Of a DNA stretch of 29,568 nt, positions 14,811 through 24,372 are shown piece by piece. The position numbers were made by a program, and so were the translations under genes. The DNA is from Verrucomicrobiota bacterium (GTDB lineage Bacteria; Verrucomicrobiota; Kiritimatiellia; B70-G9). The notes under the pieces are model-generated. The model was not told the origin of the DNA and did not search any database. It saw nothing but the letters and a program-made list of their open reading frames with translations. Position 1 is the stretch's first letter; the number at the start of each line of letters is the position of its first letter. Location: assembly GCA_003641465.1 (NCBI GenBank), contig QNAJ01000001.1:1-29568 (forward strand), given 5' to 3'.

Positions 14811-16410
14811 GGATCCTGACTGGCGGGGTACCTTCCGGGGATCGGATTTCGCCCAGCCACGCAGCCACCGCCGCCTTCTGGCTGGGAACACTGTCGGAGT
14901 ACACGTTCAGGTAGGTGTGTAGATTCCGCAATGATCGGAGGTGATAGGGAGAGCCGAAGGAAGTGAACACCGCCGCCGGATGTTCGCGGTAGAATGCATT
15001 CATGAACATCAGGTTGCGGGGACCTACACAGCGCACCGTCATGCTGCACCAAGTGGCCTTGATGGCGAAATTGACAAAAACCGCGTCGTAGCGCCCGGTC
15101 TTCCGGAAGAAATCAAAATCCGCCGGGTTCCTTAAATGGTCAACCTGAAAGCCGCGACGCCGCAGTTCCTCGTCCACCACCGGCAACTCGCTCTCGTCCA
15201 GGGACATGGTGACCGTGAGCACGCGGGAACCGGAACGCAGTCCGCGCAGGGGCAGTACGCCGCGCTCGTTGCGCACGCAATGAACCGCTGAACAAGCGAT
15301 TTTCCCGGCAATCTCCTGCCAGCGGAGGCGGTCGGCCGCATCCGGCTCCGGTGCGAACGACGCGCCGCGATGCAGTCCCAGCGCCGCCTTGAGCTCCAGA
15401 ATCCTTCTCACCGAGGCCCGCAGCCGGCCAGCCTCAATGCGTCCGCTTCGCACCGCCTCAAGAAGTATCTCAAAGTCGTCCGGCACGTGAGCCAGAAGCA
15501 GGACGTCGCAACCCGACTCGAATATCGCCAGCGTCCGTTCCGGGCGACCCAGGCAGCCGGCAACGCCGCCCATGTTCATATCATCGGAAGTGATCAATCC
15601 GCGGAACCCCATCTCCTCCCGCAGAAGCCGGGTTGTGATGCGCCGGCTGAGAGTCGCCGGGCGGGGAATGCCTCCGACGACCTTGTCGCCATCCCAGGCC
15701 GGCAGCGCAATGTGGCCGATCATAATCGTGGCAACCCCTTCCCCGATCATGGCGGCGAAGACCCGGCCGTGAAGTCGCTTCCATTCTTCCAGGGAAAGGC
15801 GGTTAACCGAGGTGGTAACGTGCTGATCCACGTCGTCCACACCGTCGCCGGGAAAATGTTTCGCGCAGGCAGCGACATGGTGCTCCTGGAGTCCCCGGAT
15901 GAAGGCCGCCGTCAGGGGAATCACCCGATCCGGCCGGTCACCCCACGACCGGGTGTTGGTTATCGGGTTGTCCGGATTAAGGTTAAGATCCACAACCGGA
16001 GCAAAAGCCCAGTTGATTCCACAGGCCCGTGCAAAGCGTGCGGCACATTCGCCGGCAGCGTAAGCCCATTCAGCGTTACCTGCCGCGGACACCGCCAAGG
16101 CATCCGGAAACTGGGGAGCATCAACGATTGAGGCCGGCCCGCTTTCCAGATCGGAGGACACCAGAAGCGGGATGCGGGCCGACTCCTGGAGTCTGGAGAT
16201 GCGGCGGCGGTGGTCATCCAGAGTGCCGTGCCAGGTGAAAATCCCACCCACGGGAACCCGCTGCCAGTTCTCGGCCAGGTAGTCCACCGTGGAATCGTCT
16301 GAACCGCCCCCTACACAGCAGATCTGACCGCAGAGCTCTTCGAGAGACAGGCTTTTCAGAGTGCTTTCGACCCACTGCCGTGCTTCCGGTTCGAGTTCGC
16401 GGCCTGACAT
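14791..16410 (-). CDS. glycoside hydrolase family 3, NagZ/Nag3-like beta-N-acetylhexosaminidase (possibly a phosphorylase), cytoplasmic
   Basis: PLLVSSDLESG, FAPVVDLN, NTRSWG, KHFPGDG...DQH, MIGHI, GFRGLITSDDMNM; two-domain length; no signal peptide. Confidence 0.9.
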   Translation of the reverse strand: MSGRELEPEARQWVESTLKSLSLEELCGQICCVGGGSDDSTVDYLAENWQRVPVGGIFTWHGTLDDHRRRISRLQESARIPLLVSSDLESGPASIVDAPQFPDALAVSAAGNAEWAYAAGECAARFARACGINWAFAPVVDLNLNPDNPITNTRSWGDRPDRVIPLTAAFIRGLQEHHVAACAKHFPGDGVDDVDQHVTTSVNRLSLEEWKRLHGRVFAAMIGEGVATIMIGHIALPAWDGDKVVGGIPRPATLSRRITTRLLREEMGFRGLITSDDMNMGGVAGCLGRPERTLAIFESGCDVLLLAHVPDDFEILLEAVRSGRIEAGRLRASVRRILELKAALGLHRGASFAPEPDAADRLRWQEIAGKIACSAVHCVRNERGVLPLRGLRSGSRVLTVTMSLDESELPVVDEELRRRGFQVDHLRNPADFDFFRKTGRYDAVFVNFAIKATWCSMTVRCVGPRNLMFMNAFYREHPAAVFTSFGSPYHLRSLRNLHTYLNVYSDSVPSQKAAVAAWLGEIRSPEGTPPVRIPGSGLD

Positions 16411-16425
16411 TCTGGAGACTCCAGC

Positions 16426-17586
16426 TTAACCCTTGAGCCCCGTCATGGAGATACCTTCAATGAAGGTCTTCTGTGTGAAGAAGAACAGTACGATTATCGG
16501 CAGCGTCACCAGCGTACTGGCGGCCATGAGATAGTGCCACTCGGTCCCGCCGTGCTGGCTCTGGAAGAACTGCAGCCCCAGCGCCAGGGTAAACGTCTTC
16601 TGGTCAGTGAGGTAAATCAGCGGACCCAGAAAATCGTTCCAGGTGAACATGAACTGGAAGAGAGCCACGACCATCAGGGCCGGGCGGCAAAGGGGGAGCA
16701 TTATCTGCCAGTAAATACGCAACTCGCTGCACCCATCTATGCGCGCCGCGTCGGAGAGATCCTTGGGAATGGTCATAAAGAACTGTCTCAGCAGGAATAC
16801 GTTGAAAGCTCCGGCAAAGAATGACCCCACCCAAAGCGGTCGGAGAGTCCCAATCCAACCCAACCAGCGGAACATGCAGTAGATCGGGACCATGACCACC
16901 GGGAAGGGGATCATCATCGTAGCCAGGGCCACCAGGAACACCTTATTGCGGCCTCTCCACTGAATCCGCGAAAAGCCATAGGCTGCCAGCGAGCTGGAAA
17001 AGACAGTCCCTATGACGGTAAGGAAGCAGAGTATCAGGGTGTTCTTGAGATAAAGGGGAAAATACTTCATCGCCCGGATAGCGTTGATGAAGTTCTCCCA
17101 CCGCGGAGCCACCTTACGAGTGAGACGGGCGACGGGCACCACCCACCACTGGTCCTTGGCTTCCCGGCCGGAAATGCGCTTTTCCGGGAAGACCCTTACC
17201 CACGGATTCTGCGCGCTTGCCGGGATCTCTTCCAGAATTCTGACCGGTATCTCCTCGATTTCCCCGCTGATATCATGCCGAATCAGTTTCCCCTCCCGCA
17301 CCTGGCTCTGGGGAACGACAAAACGGCGGGCCAGCAGCGAATCGTATATCACGTAGGAAGGCTCGGTGATGGTTTCCCCCTTCTTGACCGGCATCCGGCG
17401 GCCGTCGATCTCCGCAAAATACCGGTAAGGAATCCAGGTGGGTGGCATGGACATGGTCTGTTCTATGGGTTTCAGTGCAGTGGAAATCATCCATGCCAAG
17501 GGCAACAGGAACACCAGCGATCCCGCCAGCAATACGGTGTAGAGAACAAACCTTGCGACTGTTCTGCCGTAATAGCGCTCTTTCAC
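16426..17586 (-). CDS. carbohydrate ABC transporter permease (MalG-like) with large periplasmic insertion
   Basis: EAA motif IPKDLSDAARIDGCSE..IYWQIMLPL; WNDFLGPLIYL; ~110-aa hydrophilic insert after TM1. Confidence 0.93.
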   Translation of the reverse strand: MKERYYGRTVARFVLYTVLLAGSLVFLLPLAWMISTALKPIEQTMSMPPTWIPYRYFAEIDGRRMPVKKGETITEPSYVIYDSLLARRFVVPQSQVREGKLIRHDISGEIEEIPVRILEEIPASAQNPWVRVFPEKRISGREAKDQWWVVPVARLTRKVAPRWENFINAIRAMKYFPLYLKNTLILCFLTVIGTVFSSSLAAYGFSRIQWRGRNKVFLVALATMMIPFPVVMVPIYCMFRWLGWIGTLRPLWVGSFFAGAFNVFLLRQFFMTIPKDLSDAARIDGCSELRIYWQIMLPLCRPALMVVALFQFMFTWNDFLGPLIYLTDQKTFTLALGLQFFQSQHGGTEWHYLMAASTLVTLPIIVLFFFTQKTFIEGISMTGLKG

Positions 17587-17589
17587 GTC

Positions 17590-18474
17590 CTATTCCCCTG
17601 CATAGTAAATGTGTCTGCGTGTGGTCTTGGTAGCCACCCACGTCAGGAAGAAAATGATGATGAACAGGACCCAGGCCATGGCACTGGCGAATCCCATCTC
17701 GTAATAGTCAAAGGCGTTCTGGTAAAGGTAAACGGCGTAGAAGAGGGCGGACCTATTCGGGCCTCCGCCGCCGAACATGATGTAGGGCTGAGCAAACACC
17801 TGCAGCGCTCCGATAATCCCCATGATGAGGTTGAAATAGATTACCGGGGAGATCATCGGAATAGTGATGTGAAAGAATTTTTGCCACGCGCTGGCGCCAT
17901 CAATTACCGCTGACTCGTACAGTTCCCGCGGCACGTCCTGCAACGCCGCCAGGTAGATCACCATCGAGCCCCCCACGCCCCAGACGGACATGAGGATAAG
18001 CGAGGGCTTGGTCCACTTCTCGTCCGCCAGCCAGTCCGGCCCCTGGATACCCAACAGGCCCAGCAAGTAGTTCAGAATGCCGTACTTACCGTTGAGGATC
18101 CACAGCCAGATCATGGCGCTGGCCACCATCGGCACCAGCGAGGGAAGGAAATAGACGGTCCGGAAGACCGGCCGCGCCTTTATCTGCTGGTTGAGCATTA
18201 CGGCGATGAGCAGGGATACCACCAGACAGAGCGGAAGGGAAAAGATCGTATAATAGAAAGTATTGTAGAGCGACTTCCAGAACACCTTATCGGTGAACAT
18301 GTCGCGATAGTTCAGCAGACCCACCCAGACCGGCCGGGAAAAAACATCGTAGTCGCAGAACGAGTAATAAATGCTCGCCAGCGCCGGATACAGGGTGAAC
18401 GCCAAAAAACCGATGATCCAAGGGCTGATAAAAGCCAGCCCGATACCCAGATTTCTCCACTCGCGCCGCGTCAT
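17590..18474 (-). CDS. carbohydrate ABC transporter permease (MalF-like)
   Basis: FISPWIIGF; EAA motif VPRELYESAVIDGASAWQKFFHITIPM; start placed at ATG 18474 (ATGA overlap with the SBP stop). Confidence 0.93.
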   Translation of the reverse strand: MTRREWRNLGIGLAFISPWIIGFLAFTLYPALASIYYSFCDYDVFSRPVWVGLLNYRDMFTDKVFWKSLYNTFYYTIFSLPLCLVVSLLIAVMLNQQIKARPVFRTVYFLPSLVPMVASAMIWLWILNGKYGILNYLLGLLGIQGPDWLADEKWTKPSLILMSVWGVGGSMVIYLAALQDVPRELYESAVIDGASAWQKFFHITIPMISPVIYFNLIMGIIGALQVFAQPYIMFGGGGPNRSALFYAVYLYQNAFDYYEMGFASAMAWVLFIIIFFLTWVATKTTRRHIYYAGE

Positions 18475-19895
18475 AGTCCGCGCCACTCCGCAATACGCCT
18501 CTCGCGTATCTTCAACCAGCGTTCGCGCTCTCGATCGAATCTCAACTGTACTCGTTTCTGCACCGTGCGCAAAGCCTGTGCCGGTGTCTCAATCAGCGAA
18601 AAAATGCGATCCACCGCAGCATTCATCTCATCGCCCAGGACCATCCATATCGGCGTCTGCGGAACGGTTCTGACGTACGGACTGCGGGCCATCTCTATGA
18701 ATATCTTGATGTAGGGATTAGGATGGTTGCGGATGAAATCCTCGCTCATCCGGGAAAGCGGACTGAACTTCCGTTGGCCCATACAGAGTTTCTCCATGGC
18801 CGGCTGGGTATTCACGTAGCGGATGAATTCAAAGGCCTCCTTCACATGCCGGGCGCCCCGGGGGATTACCAGTACGTCACACTCGGCGATAGTCACATAC
18901 GGGAACTGGTCGGTGTGAGCCGCGGGAAACGGCGCCGCACCCCACTCGAGCTGAGGTGCATACTTGTCTATGAAGTTGTACATCCACACTCCCTGCAGCT
19001 CCATCGCCACCTTCCCTGACAGGAACGGGTTTTGCGGCGAAGCGAAATTGCCGAATGATGCACCAAAGCGCCGCAGGTTTTCCAGCCCGTATTTCTTGGG
19101 GTAACTCTGAAACCAGCGGAAGGCTTCGATATTCTCCGGGCTGTCGGCGGTGATGCGATCCTTTCCATTCCACAAGCCCGCACCGAACCAGTAGCCCCAC
19201 ATGGGATTCCACCACCCCGGCTCGGTAGGCACGAACCCCAGCTGGATGATGTCGAATTTCTTGGAGCGCTTTTCCTCTTCGGTCAGGTCTGAAAAATGCA
19301 CCTTGACTTTCTTGCCATTGCGCTCGACGACAACCAGCGTGATCTGCTCGGCCATGCGGTCCAGTTCGGCAATGCTGCGGGGCGGCTGTTCAGGATCCAG
19401 CCCGGCCTCGCGAAACATTTTCTTGTTCCAGTGCAAGGCGAGAGTCGCCGGCGTGCTGGGCAGCGCCCACACAAAACCCTCGTGACTGCACAGCTCCCAG
19501 AAAACCGGAATATAGTCGTCAGCGGTGATGCCCGCCTCCTCCAGATACCGGTTCAACGGTGTCAGGGCCCCCTTCTCCGCATAAACCGGGATGTTGAAGG
19601 ACCATAACCCGGCCACGTCCGGGGGATTCCCGCCGGCGGTGGCCAGCATCATCTTGCGGTCAATCTGGCTGACCGTAAGCTTGCGCACGAAGATACGATT
19701 CTGCGAACGGTTGAAGTCATCCACCACCGCCTGCATGGCCTCGCCTTCGAACCCGGTCCACTTTTCCCAATAGTCCACGATGATCCGGCCGTCAGGCGTA
19801 CGGTCCGATGGAGGCCGCACGCAGCCGGAAAGTCCCACGGCTGCGACGGCTGATGCCAGCAGAACACCGATTTTCGCGACCCGAAAGTCAGCCAC
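18471..19895 (-). CDS. carbohydrate ABC transporter substrate-binding lipoprotein
   Basis: Lipobox LSGC; FNRSQ..I.V, AGGNPPDV, GALTPL, LHWNKKMFREAGLDPEQPPRS, FLSGKVAM..QGVW; start inferred at GTG 19895 (ORF track extends to 19958). Confidence 0.92.
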   Translation of the reverse strand: MADFRVAKIGVLLASAVAAVGLSGCVRPPSDRTPDGRIIVDYWEKWTGFEGEAMQAVVDDFNRSQNRIFVRKLTVSQIDRKMMLATAGGNPPDVAGLWSFNIPVYAEKGALTPLNRYLEEAGITADDYIPVFWELCSHEGFVWALPSTPATLALHWNKKMFREAGLDPEQPPRSIAELDRMAEQITLVVVERNGKKVKVHFSDLTEEEKRSKKFDIIQLGFVPTEPGWWNPMWGYWFGAGLWNGKDRITADSPENIEAFRWFQSYPKKYGLENLRRFGASFGNFASPQNPFLSGKVAMELQGVWMYNFIDKYAPQLEWGAAPFPAAHTDQFPYVTIAECDVLVIPRGARHVKEAFEFIRYVNTQPAMEKLCMGQRKFSPLSRMSEDFIRNHPNPYIKIFIEMARSPYVRTVPQTPIWMVLGDEMNAAVDRIFSLIETPAQALRTVQKRVQLRFDRERERWLKIRERRIAEWRGL

Positions 19896-19979
19896 TTTTC
19901 CTGCTCCGCCTTCTTGTACCCGAGATGAATCCGGCCCCGGACCGACTGCCCGGGACAAACGCGGTCACCACAAACACAT

Positions 19980-19995
19980 ATTTTGCCCTCAAAAT
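19980..19995. promoter_or_regulatory. 6-4-6 inverted repeat upstream of the ABC operon, possible operator
   Basis: ATTTTG-CCCT-CAAAAT in the AT-rich intergenic stretch next to a minus-strand TTGCAT. Confidence 0.3.
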
Positions 19996-20032
19996 GCAAG
20001 CACAAAAAGGCCGTCCGTGGTCATCGACGCCG

Positions 20033-22846
20033 TCAGGGCGCATCAGAATCTCCAAAGCTGCTCTGGTCTTGCGACTCGCCGGCTTCATGCCCGGTGACGC
20101 CGGCCGGTCGGCCGAGAAGCGAGGCAACCTTCTCAACAAGCTCGCTGCTCTTGAAAGGCTTGTTTATCAGGTCCACGCACTGCTGCCGCATTAACCGCCT
20201 GCACTGATCGCTGCGGGCGAACCCGGTGGCCAGCAGAAATGGGACCTCCGGGCTGATCTCCCGGATACGCTGGAATGTCTCTACACCGTCCATGCCCGGC
20301 ATGATCATGTCCAGGATCACCAGCCCTATCCTCCGGACGTGCTCCCTGACCAGATCCACCGCCGCCGCCCCGCTCGACGCCTCCAGCACCGGGTAGCCGC
20401 TGGCCTTGAGAATCTCCGCTATCATCTGGCGCACAATGGCCTCATCGTCTACAACCAGAACCGTATCCGCACTCACCCGCGCCGGAGGCTTTCCCGGAGG
20501 TCGCGCGACATGTTCGGGCAAGTAAATGCGGAAGGTGGTCCCCCGGCCTTCTTCGCTCTCTACCAGAACATCTCCGCCGTGATTGGTGACGATCCCGTAG
20601 ACAATTGAGAGGCCCAGCCCCGTTCCCTCCTCCTTGGTGGTGAAGAAGGGGTCGAAGATATGCGCGCGCACCTCCGGATCGATTCCCGGGCCCGTGTCGG
20701 AAACCACCAGACACACCGCACGGCCCGGAATCGGACGCTGCAGCATCTTATGCTCGTTCGCTGTGAGAGGACGGACTTCGACCGCAATGGTCAGCCGGCC
20801 ACCTTCAGCACGCATGGCCTCGATGGCGTTGATGCACAGATTCATCACCACCTGAACCATCTGCGACCTGTCCCCCAGAATGCGAGGAGTCTGCTCCGGA
20901 CGCTGGACCTCGACCTGCACGTTACGCGGCACGCTGGGACGCAAAAGGGCCAGAACTTCTTCAATCACTTCAAGAACCGAAAGCGGCCGTCGCTCCACGT
21001 GGGACTTGCGGGAGAAGGAAAGGAGCTGGCGTGTCAGTTCTGCAGCCCGCCCGGCAGATTGCTCGATCAGCTTCAGATAGTGTTCGAGCTCGGAACCGGG
21101 CGGCACGCGGGACTGAAGCATGGAAGCAAAGCCCAGGATACCACTGAGAATATTGTTGAAATCATGAGCGATTCCCCCCGCCAGCATTCCCACCGCATCC
21201 ATCTTCTGCGCCTGGATCAGATGCTCCTCCAGCCTGCGGCGCCGGTTCTCCTCTTCGGCGGCCTGCATTCGTCCTGCCAGATACAGCGCCGCAATAGTGA
21301 GCAGGTCGAGCTGCGCCCGCTCGAAGTCGCGCTCGCGATCGTCGGCAACCAGTAATGCACCCCAGACCCTGCCAGAGGAGTCGCGCACCGGAGCAGCCAA
21401 CAGTGACGCCAGATGCAGAACCTTCACCGCGGCCTCATCCGCCATCGTTTCCGCCGCCGGGAGCCGGCCGCGGAAACAGGGCAGGCCGCGCTGCAGGACC
21501 TTGCGCGTGAGGGACTCAAGCGCCTGCCGGCAGGTATCCTCGGGTACCGGCGGTGGAATGTCCTCGCGCCACACAATCGTACGGCAGCCTCCATCGGCAT
21601 CCGCCACCCACACCACCAGGGGATTGAACATGCGGTGCAGAATGCGGCACATCCCTTCAACGTACTCCTCGAAGTCCGGAGGTAATTGCCCCACATCGCG
21701 GAAAAGGCGGGTCATCCGCACGATCAGATCCTGAGCCTTCTCGTGCTGAGAAAGGGTTTCCGCGGCTGTGCGCCGCAGGTCCATCTCCCGCCGACGCCAC
21801 CGGGTTATGTCCCGCGCCACCGCAAGGATACCGCGCGCCTTGCCGCTCTCATCGTGAAGTACCGAATGCACCTGTTCCACCCACACGTAGGAGCCATCGC
21901 GGGATTTGAGCTGGTACTCAACGGCTATCCCGGTGTCACTGGCGACGCATTCACGCAGACCCGCCTTCAGTTGGGCAAGATCTTCCGGATGGACCAGGTC
22001 CTCCCATACCTTTTCCCCGGTAAACAGTTCATCCACCCGTACACCCGTAAGACGCTCAAAAGCCGGGTTCGCCGCCAGGATCGAACCGTCCGTCCCGAAT
22101 ATGAGCACCGGATCAGAAGCCTCCCGGAAAAGCACGTTGAAGCGTTCATCGGCGGCTTCAAGGGCATACGCCAGCCCGCGTTCCCGGCTGATATCCCGAG
22201 CCATTCCGCGCACGCCCACAGTACTTCCATCCGGACCCCGCAAAGGAAAAAACGAAAACCAGAATGTGCGGCGCGTACCCGGAGGCCACTCGGTCTCCAG
22301 CTCGATCCCCCGCAGAGGTGTCCCGCGCAGCGCCATTCCCCAGCAGGACTCGAACTTCGCCCGCGAAGATGAGGCCAGCAGACCGGCAAGCATCTCTGGA
22401 GCCGAAGAGGTCTCCTCTCCTCCGGCGGCCCGTGCCAGGGCAGTAACTCCCGAAACAATCCTCCCGTGGGGGTCACACTCAAAGAACACTATCCGACTGT
22501 GCAGCCCGGCAAGCTCCTCCCCCAGCCTGCTCCAGCGGTCGTCGGCATCCACAGTAACCAACACCCCGGCCTCGGGATCCGGCGCCGCAGCGCGTACGCT
22601 CAGCCGCAGAAATCCTTCTCCTTCCGCCAGCGGAACCCAAATGCTGTCGCTCTTGCTCCGGTTACCGCCGCTCACGCCTAATTGTGCAATCTGCCGCTCC
22701 AACCAGGGCCAACGCCGAAGCAACTCCTTTGCGCCGCCGTTGGCACAGGTAACGCGGCCTTCGACCGACACGCGGTAGAGGCCGGTCCCGGCACTTTCGG
22801 TCAACTCATCCGGGGAGATGGATTCCTTGTCTTGCGGAGCATCCAT
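20033..22846 (-). CDS. cytoplasmic hybrid sensor kinase/response regulator (PAS-PAS-GAF-HisKA-HATPase-REC, CckA-like)
   Basis: PAS (LAANPAFERLTG..VHPED), GAF (LLAAPVRDSSGRVWGAL), H-box LAGGIAHDFNNIL, N-box QVVMNLCINA, DTGPGI, FDPFFTTK, GTGLGL, REC VLVVDD..LDMIMPGMDG..KPF; start inferred at ATG 22846. Confidence 0.93.
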   Translation of the reverse strand: MDAPQDKESISPDELTESAGTGLYRVSVEGRVTCANGGAKELLRRWPWLERQIAQLGVSGGNRSKSDSIWVPLAEGEGFLRLSVRAAAPDPEAGVLVTVDADDRWSRLGEELAGLHSRIVFFECDPHGRIVSGVTALARAAGGEETSSAPEMLAGLLASSSRAKFESCWGMALRGTPLRGIELETEWPPGTRRTFWFSFFPLRGPDGSTVGVRGMARDISRERGLAYALEAADERFNVLFREASDPVLIFGTDGSILAANPAFERLTGVRVDELFTGEKVWEDLVHPEDLAQLKAGLRECVASDTGIAVEYQLKSRDGSYVWVEQVHSVLHDESGKARGILAVARDITRWRRREMDLRRTAAETLSQHEKAQDLIVRMTRLFRDVGQLPPDFEEYVEGMCRILHRMFNPLVVWVADADGGCRTIVWREDIPPPVPEDTCRQALESLTRKVLQRGLPCFRGRLPAAETMADEAAVKVLHLASLLAAPVRDSSGRVWGALLVADDRERDFERAQLDLLTIAALYLAGRMQAAEEENRRRRLEEHLIQAQKMDAVGMLAGGIAHDFNNILSGILGFASMLQSRVPPGSELEHYLKLIEQSAGRAAELTRQLLSFSRKSHVERRPLSVLEVIEEVLALLRPSVPRNVQVEVQRPEQTPRILGDRSQMVQVVMNLCINAIEAMRAEGGRLTIAVEVRPLTANEHKMLQRPIPGRAVCLVVSDTGPGIDPEVRAHIFDPFFTTKEEGTGLGLSIVYGIVTNHGGDVLVESEEGRGTTFRIYLPEHVARPPGKPPARVSADTVLVVDDEAIVRQMIAEILKASGYPVLEASSGAAAVDLVREHVRRIGLVILDMIMPGMDGVETFQRIREISPEVPFLLATGFARSDQCRRLMRQQCVDLINKPFKSSELVEKVASLLGRPAGVTGHEAGESQDQSSFGDSDAP

Positions 22847-22988
22847 CGCAAACCGCCACCGTCCGGCCTTCAGAGGGCACCGCCAGTGAAGCATGCCACA
22901 TTCACCGGTAGGGGGCCAGCCGCAATGCGGCTGCCGGAAAGGTTACCCTGCGCTCAAGCCGCCGGCCGATCACTGACTGCCGGGAGAA

Positions 22989-23192
22989 TCATACCTCCCG
23001 GGACCGGCGGGTGAAACTGCTCCGCGGCTTGCGGGGGCGGGATCTTCGCGGCTGCAGAGGCACCGAGTAGATATCGTGGGAGACCTCTCCGGGGGGCTCC
23101 GGCTGGCGCACTTTTTTCGGCTCCAGGTCTATCCCCCACTCCCGACAGACAACTCGAAACCGAACCCGATAGTATTCGTCTGATGCACTCAC
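22989..23192 (-). CDS. putative small basic protein, 67 aa
   Basis: GTG 7 nt after GGGGGAG; VSASDEYYRVRFRVVCREWGIDLEPKK...RSREV; fills the tsaD-kinase gap; no recognisable family. Confidence 0.4.
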   Translation of the reverse strand: MSASDEYYRVRFRVVCREWGIDLEPKKVRQPEPPGEVSHDIYSVPLQPRRSRPRKPRSSFTRRSREV

Positions 23193-23313
23193 TTGCGTTC
23201 TCCCCCACTGCAACCCGGGTCTCATTCAACAGACTCGGAAAATACCCAGCTTCTATACTTCCGGGTTCATTCCGTCAATCCTAACTGCCAATTCTTTCAC
23301 ACTTTTTCCGAAA

Positions 23314-24363
23314 CTACGCGGGAATCCGCCAGGAAGGCAGGATCGGATCATGCAGTCCCAATACCGGAGCATGCTGGCGCCATTCTGAACCGGCCAATCC
23401 CGCGATCATGGCGGCGTTGTCGGTGCAGAATTGCGGTTCACTCAGCCGGAGACGCACGCCGAAATCTCTGCCGGTCTCCTCAAGAAGACGGCGCAACAGC
23501 CGGTTCCGCGCTACACCGCCAACGCAACCCAATGCCGCAAATTCACCATTTTCCAGCGCGCGGCGCAGCGGCCGGATCAGGGACTCCAGCACGGCCGCCT
23601 GATATGATGCGGCTGTATCCGCAATACGGCCCGGTTCGATGGACTCCGGATGGCGTTCTACAAAGTATCGCAGCGCGGTCTTCAACCCACTGAAGCTGAA
23701 GCACAGCTCCGGCGACAGTCCCTCCGGCACCATAGATGCATCGCGTACCTGCGGGCGCGGCAACGGCACCCGTGCGGGGTCGCCGTCCGCCGCCGCTTTC
23801 TCAATCGCCGGCCCCCCGGGGTAGCCGAGTCTCATGATGACCGCACCCTTGTCCAAGGCTTCCCCGGCGGCATCGTCCACAGTTTCGCCGAGAAGATGCA
23901 GGCCGCCGTCGGCATTCAGTTCAAGCAACATAGTGTGCCCCCCGGAGACCAGCAGGACGAGCATCGGCGAAACTTCCGCGGGCTGCGGCGACTCGGCGCC
24001 CAGGAAAAGAGAATAGACATGGGCTACCAGATGTGAAACACCCCGGACGGGCCTATCCAGACTCAGTCCCAAAGCACGGGCCGCGGCGGTGCCCACCAGA
24101 AGGGCCGGCGCAAGACCCGGCCCGCGGGTAACAGCGATTTCTTCAATGCTTTCCCATGGCAGTCCGGCATCATCCAGAGCACGCTGGACCACCACAGGCA
24201 ACTTCTCCACATGGAGACGCGAAGCAATCTCCGGAACGACACCCCCGAATGCCTGATGCCTGGCGATCTGGGAATAAACCACATTGGAGAGAACCTGACG
24301 ACCGTCACGCACCACTGCCGCAGCGGTCTCGTCACAGGAAGTCTCTATGCCCAGAATCAACAC
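23314..24363 (-). CDS. tsaD: tRNA N6-adenosine threonylcarbamoyltransferase
   Basis: ILGIETSCDETAAAVV, GGVVPEIASRLH, VTRGPGL, LLVSGGHT, DDAAGEALDK, LGYPGGP, FSFSGLKTA, GGVARN, CTDNAAMIA. Confidence 0.96.
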   Translation of the reverse strand: MLILGIETSCDETAAAVVRDGRQVLSNVVYSQIARHQAFGGVVPEIASRLHVEKLPVVVQRALDDAGLPWESIEEIAVTRGPGLAPALLVGTAAARALGLSLDRPVRGVSHLVAHVYSLFLGAESPQPAEVSPMLVLLVSGGHTMLLELNADGGLHLLGETVDDAAGEALDKGAVIMRLGYPGGPAIEKAAADGDPARVPLPRPQVRDASMVPEGLSPELCFSFSGLKTALRYFVERHPESIEPGRIADTAASYQAAVLESLIRPLRRALENGEFAALGCVGGVARNRLLRRLLEETGRDFGVRLRLSEPQFCTDNAAMIAGLAGSEWRQHAPVLGLHDPILPSWRIPA

Positions 24364-24372
24364 CTGACCGGC

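Noticed and set aside
23252-23278. Minus-strand promoter TTGACG...TATAGA
   Set aside because: Spacer is 15 bp; at 17 bp the -10 reads TAGAAG, so it is too weak to call
24015-24045. TsaD HLVAH instead of HxEGH as inactivation
   Set aside because: Both metal-binding His and all other motifs are retained; a single substitution in an essential gene is not evidence of loss
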